Positions 34,888 to 35,021 of a stretch of 35,021 bases of DNA are shown in pieces; the stretch's first letter is position 1, and each line of letters begins with the position of its first letter. The DNA is taken from NCBI GenBank assembly GCA_032718475.1, contig JAUCBJ010004771.1, positions 1 to 35,021 on the forward strand, given 5' to 3'. The notes below the pieces were generated by a model, which had not been told where the DNA came from, ran no database searches, and worked only from the letters and a program-made list of their open reading frames with translations. The stretch is from Nemertoderma westbladi (taxonomy: Eukaryota; Animalia; Xenacoelomorpha). Made by a program: the position numbers and the translations under genes.

Positions 34888-35021
34888 TCTGCGATCAACT
34901 CTCGATTCTGTGTTGGTTAACATGAGTGACATTTGACAAGTAAGTTTAGTAGCCTCTTAAAGGACACTGGCCCTGAAGATGCGGATAATCTCGCGAAAGT
35001 AACCTAATGAGCCTAAACTAA

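Noticed and set aside
34699-34936. ORFs across the tRNA
   Set aside because: Chance frames overlapping tRNA-iMet

Overview
AT-rich animal (probably invertebrate) genomic DNA, not prokaryotic. The window holds two conserved developmental genes on the + strand. The first is a Par-3/Bazooka polarity scaffold encoded by one uninterrupted, GC/CpG-rich 3969-nt ORF (3874-7842). The second is the Wnt O-acyltransferase Porcupine, which I reconstructed by hand as 8 phase-consistent coding exons (14067-28810, 533 aa). An initiator tRNA-Met lies on the - strand (34816-34887). The most unusual features involve splicing signals of Porcupine. Intron 3 consists almost entirely of roughly 55-58 tandem copies of a 36-bp unit that duplicates the exon-3 end and its own 5' splice site, and a hAT element has inserted into this array. 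A 4.6-kb ~23-bp satellite made of branch-point-like CACTAAT units sits between a GT donor and an AG acceptor just downstream of the stop codon. Intron 5 hosts two antisense intronless orphan ORFs. The rest is MITE/foldback elements, SINE and LINE remnants and simple repeats. Most short ORFs in the supplied track are repeat artefacts or shadows of Par-3. All homology calls come from recalled motifs, not database searches, and repeat copy numbers are estimates.
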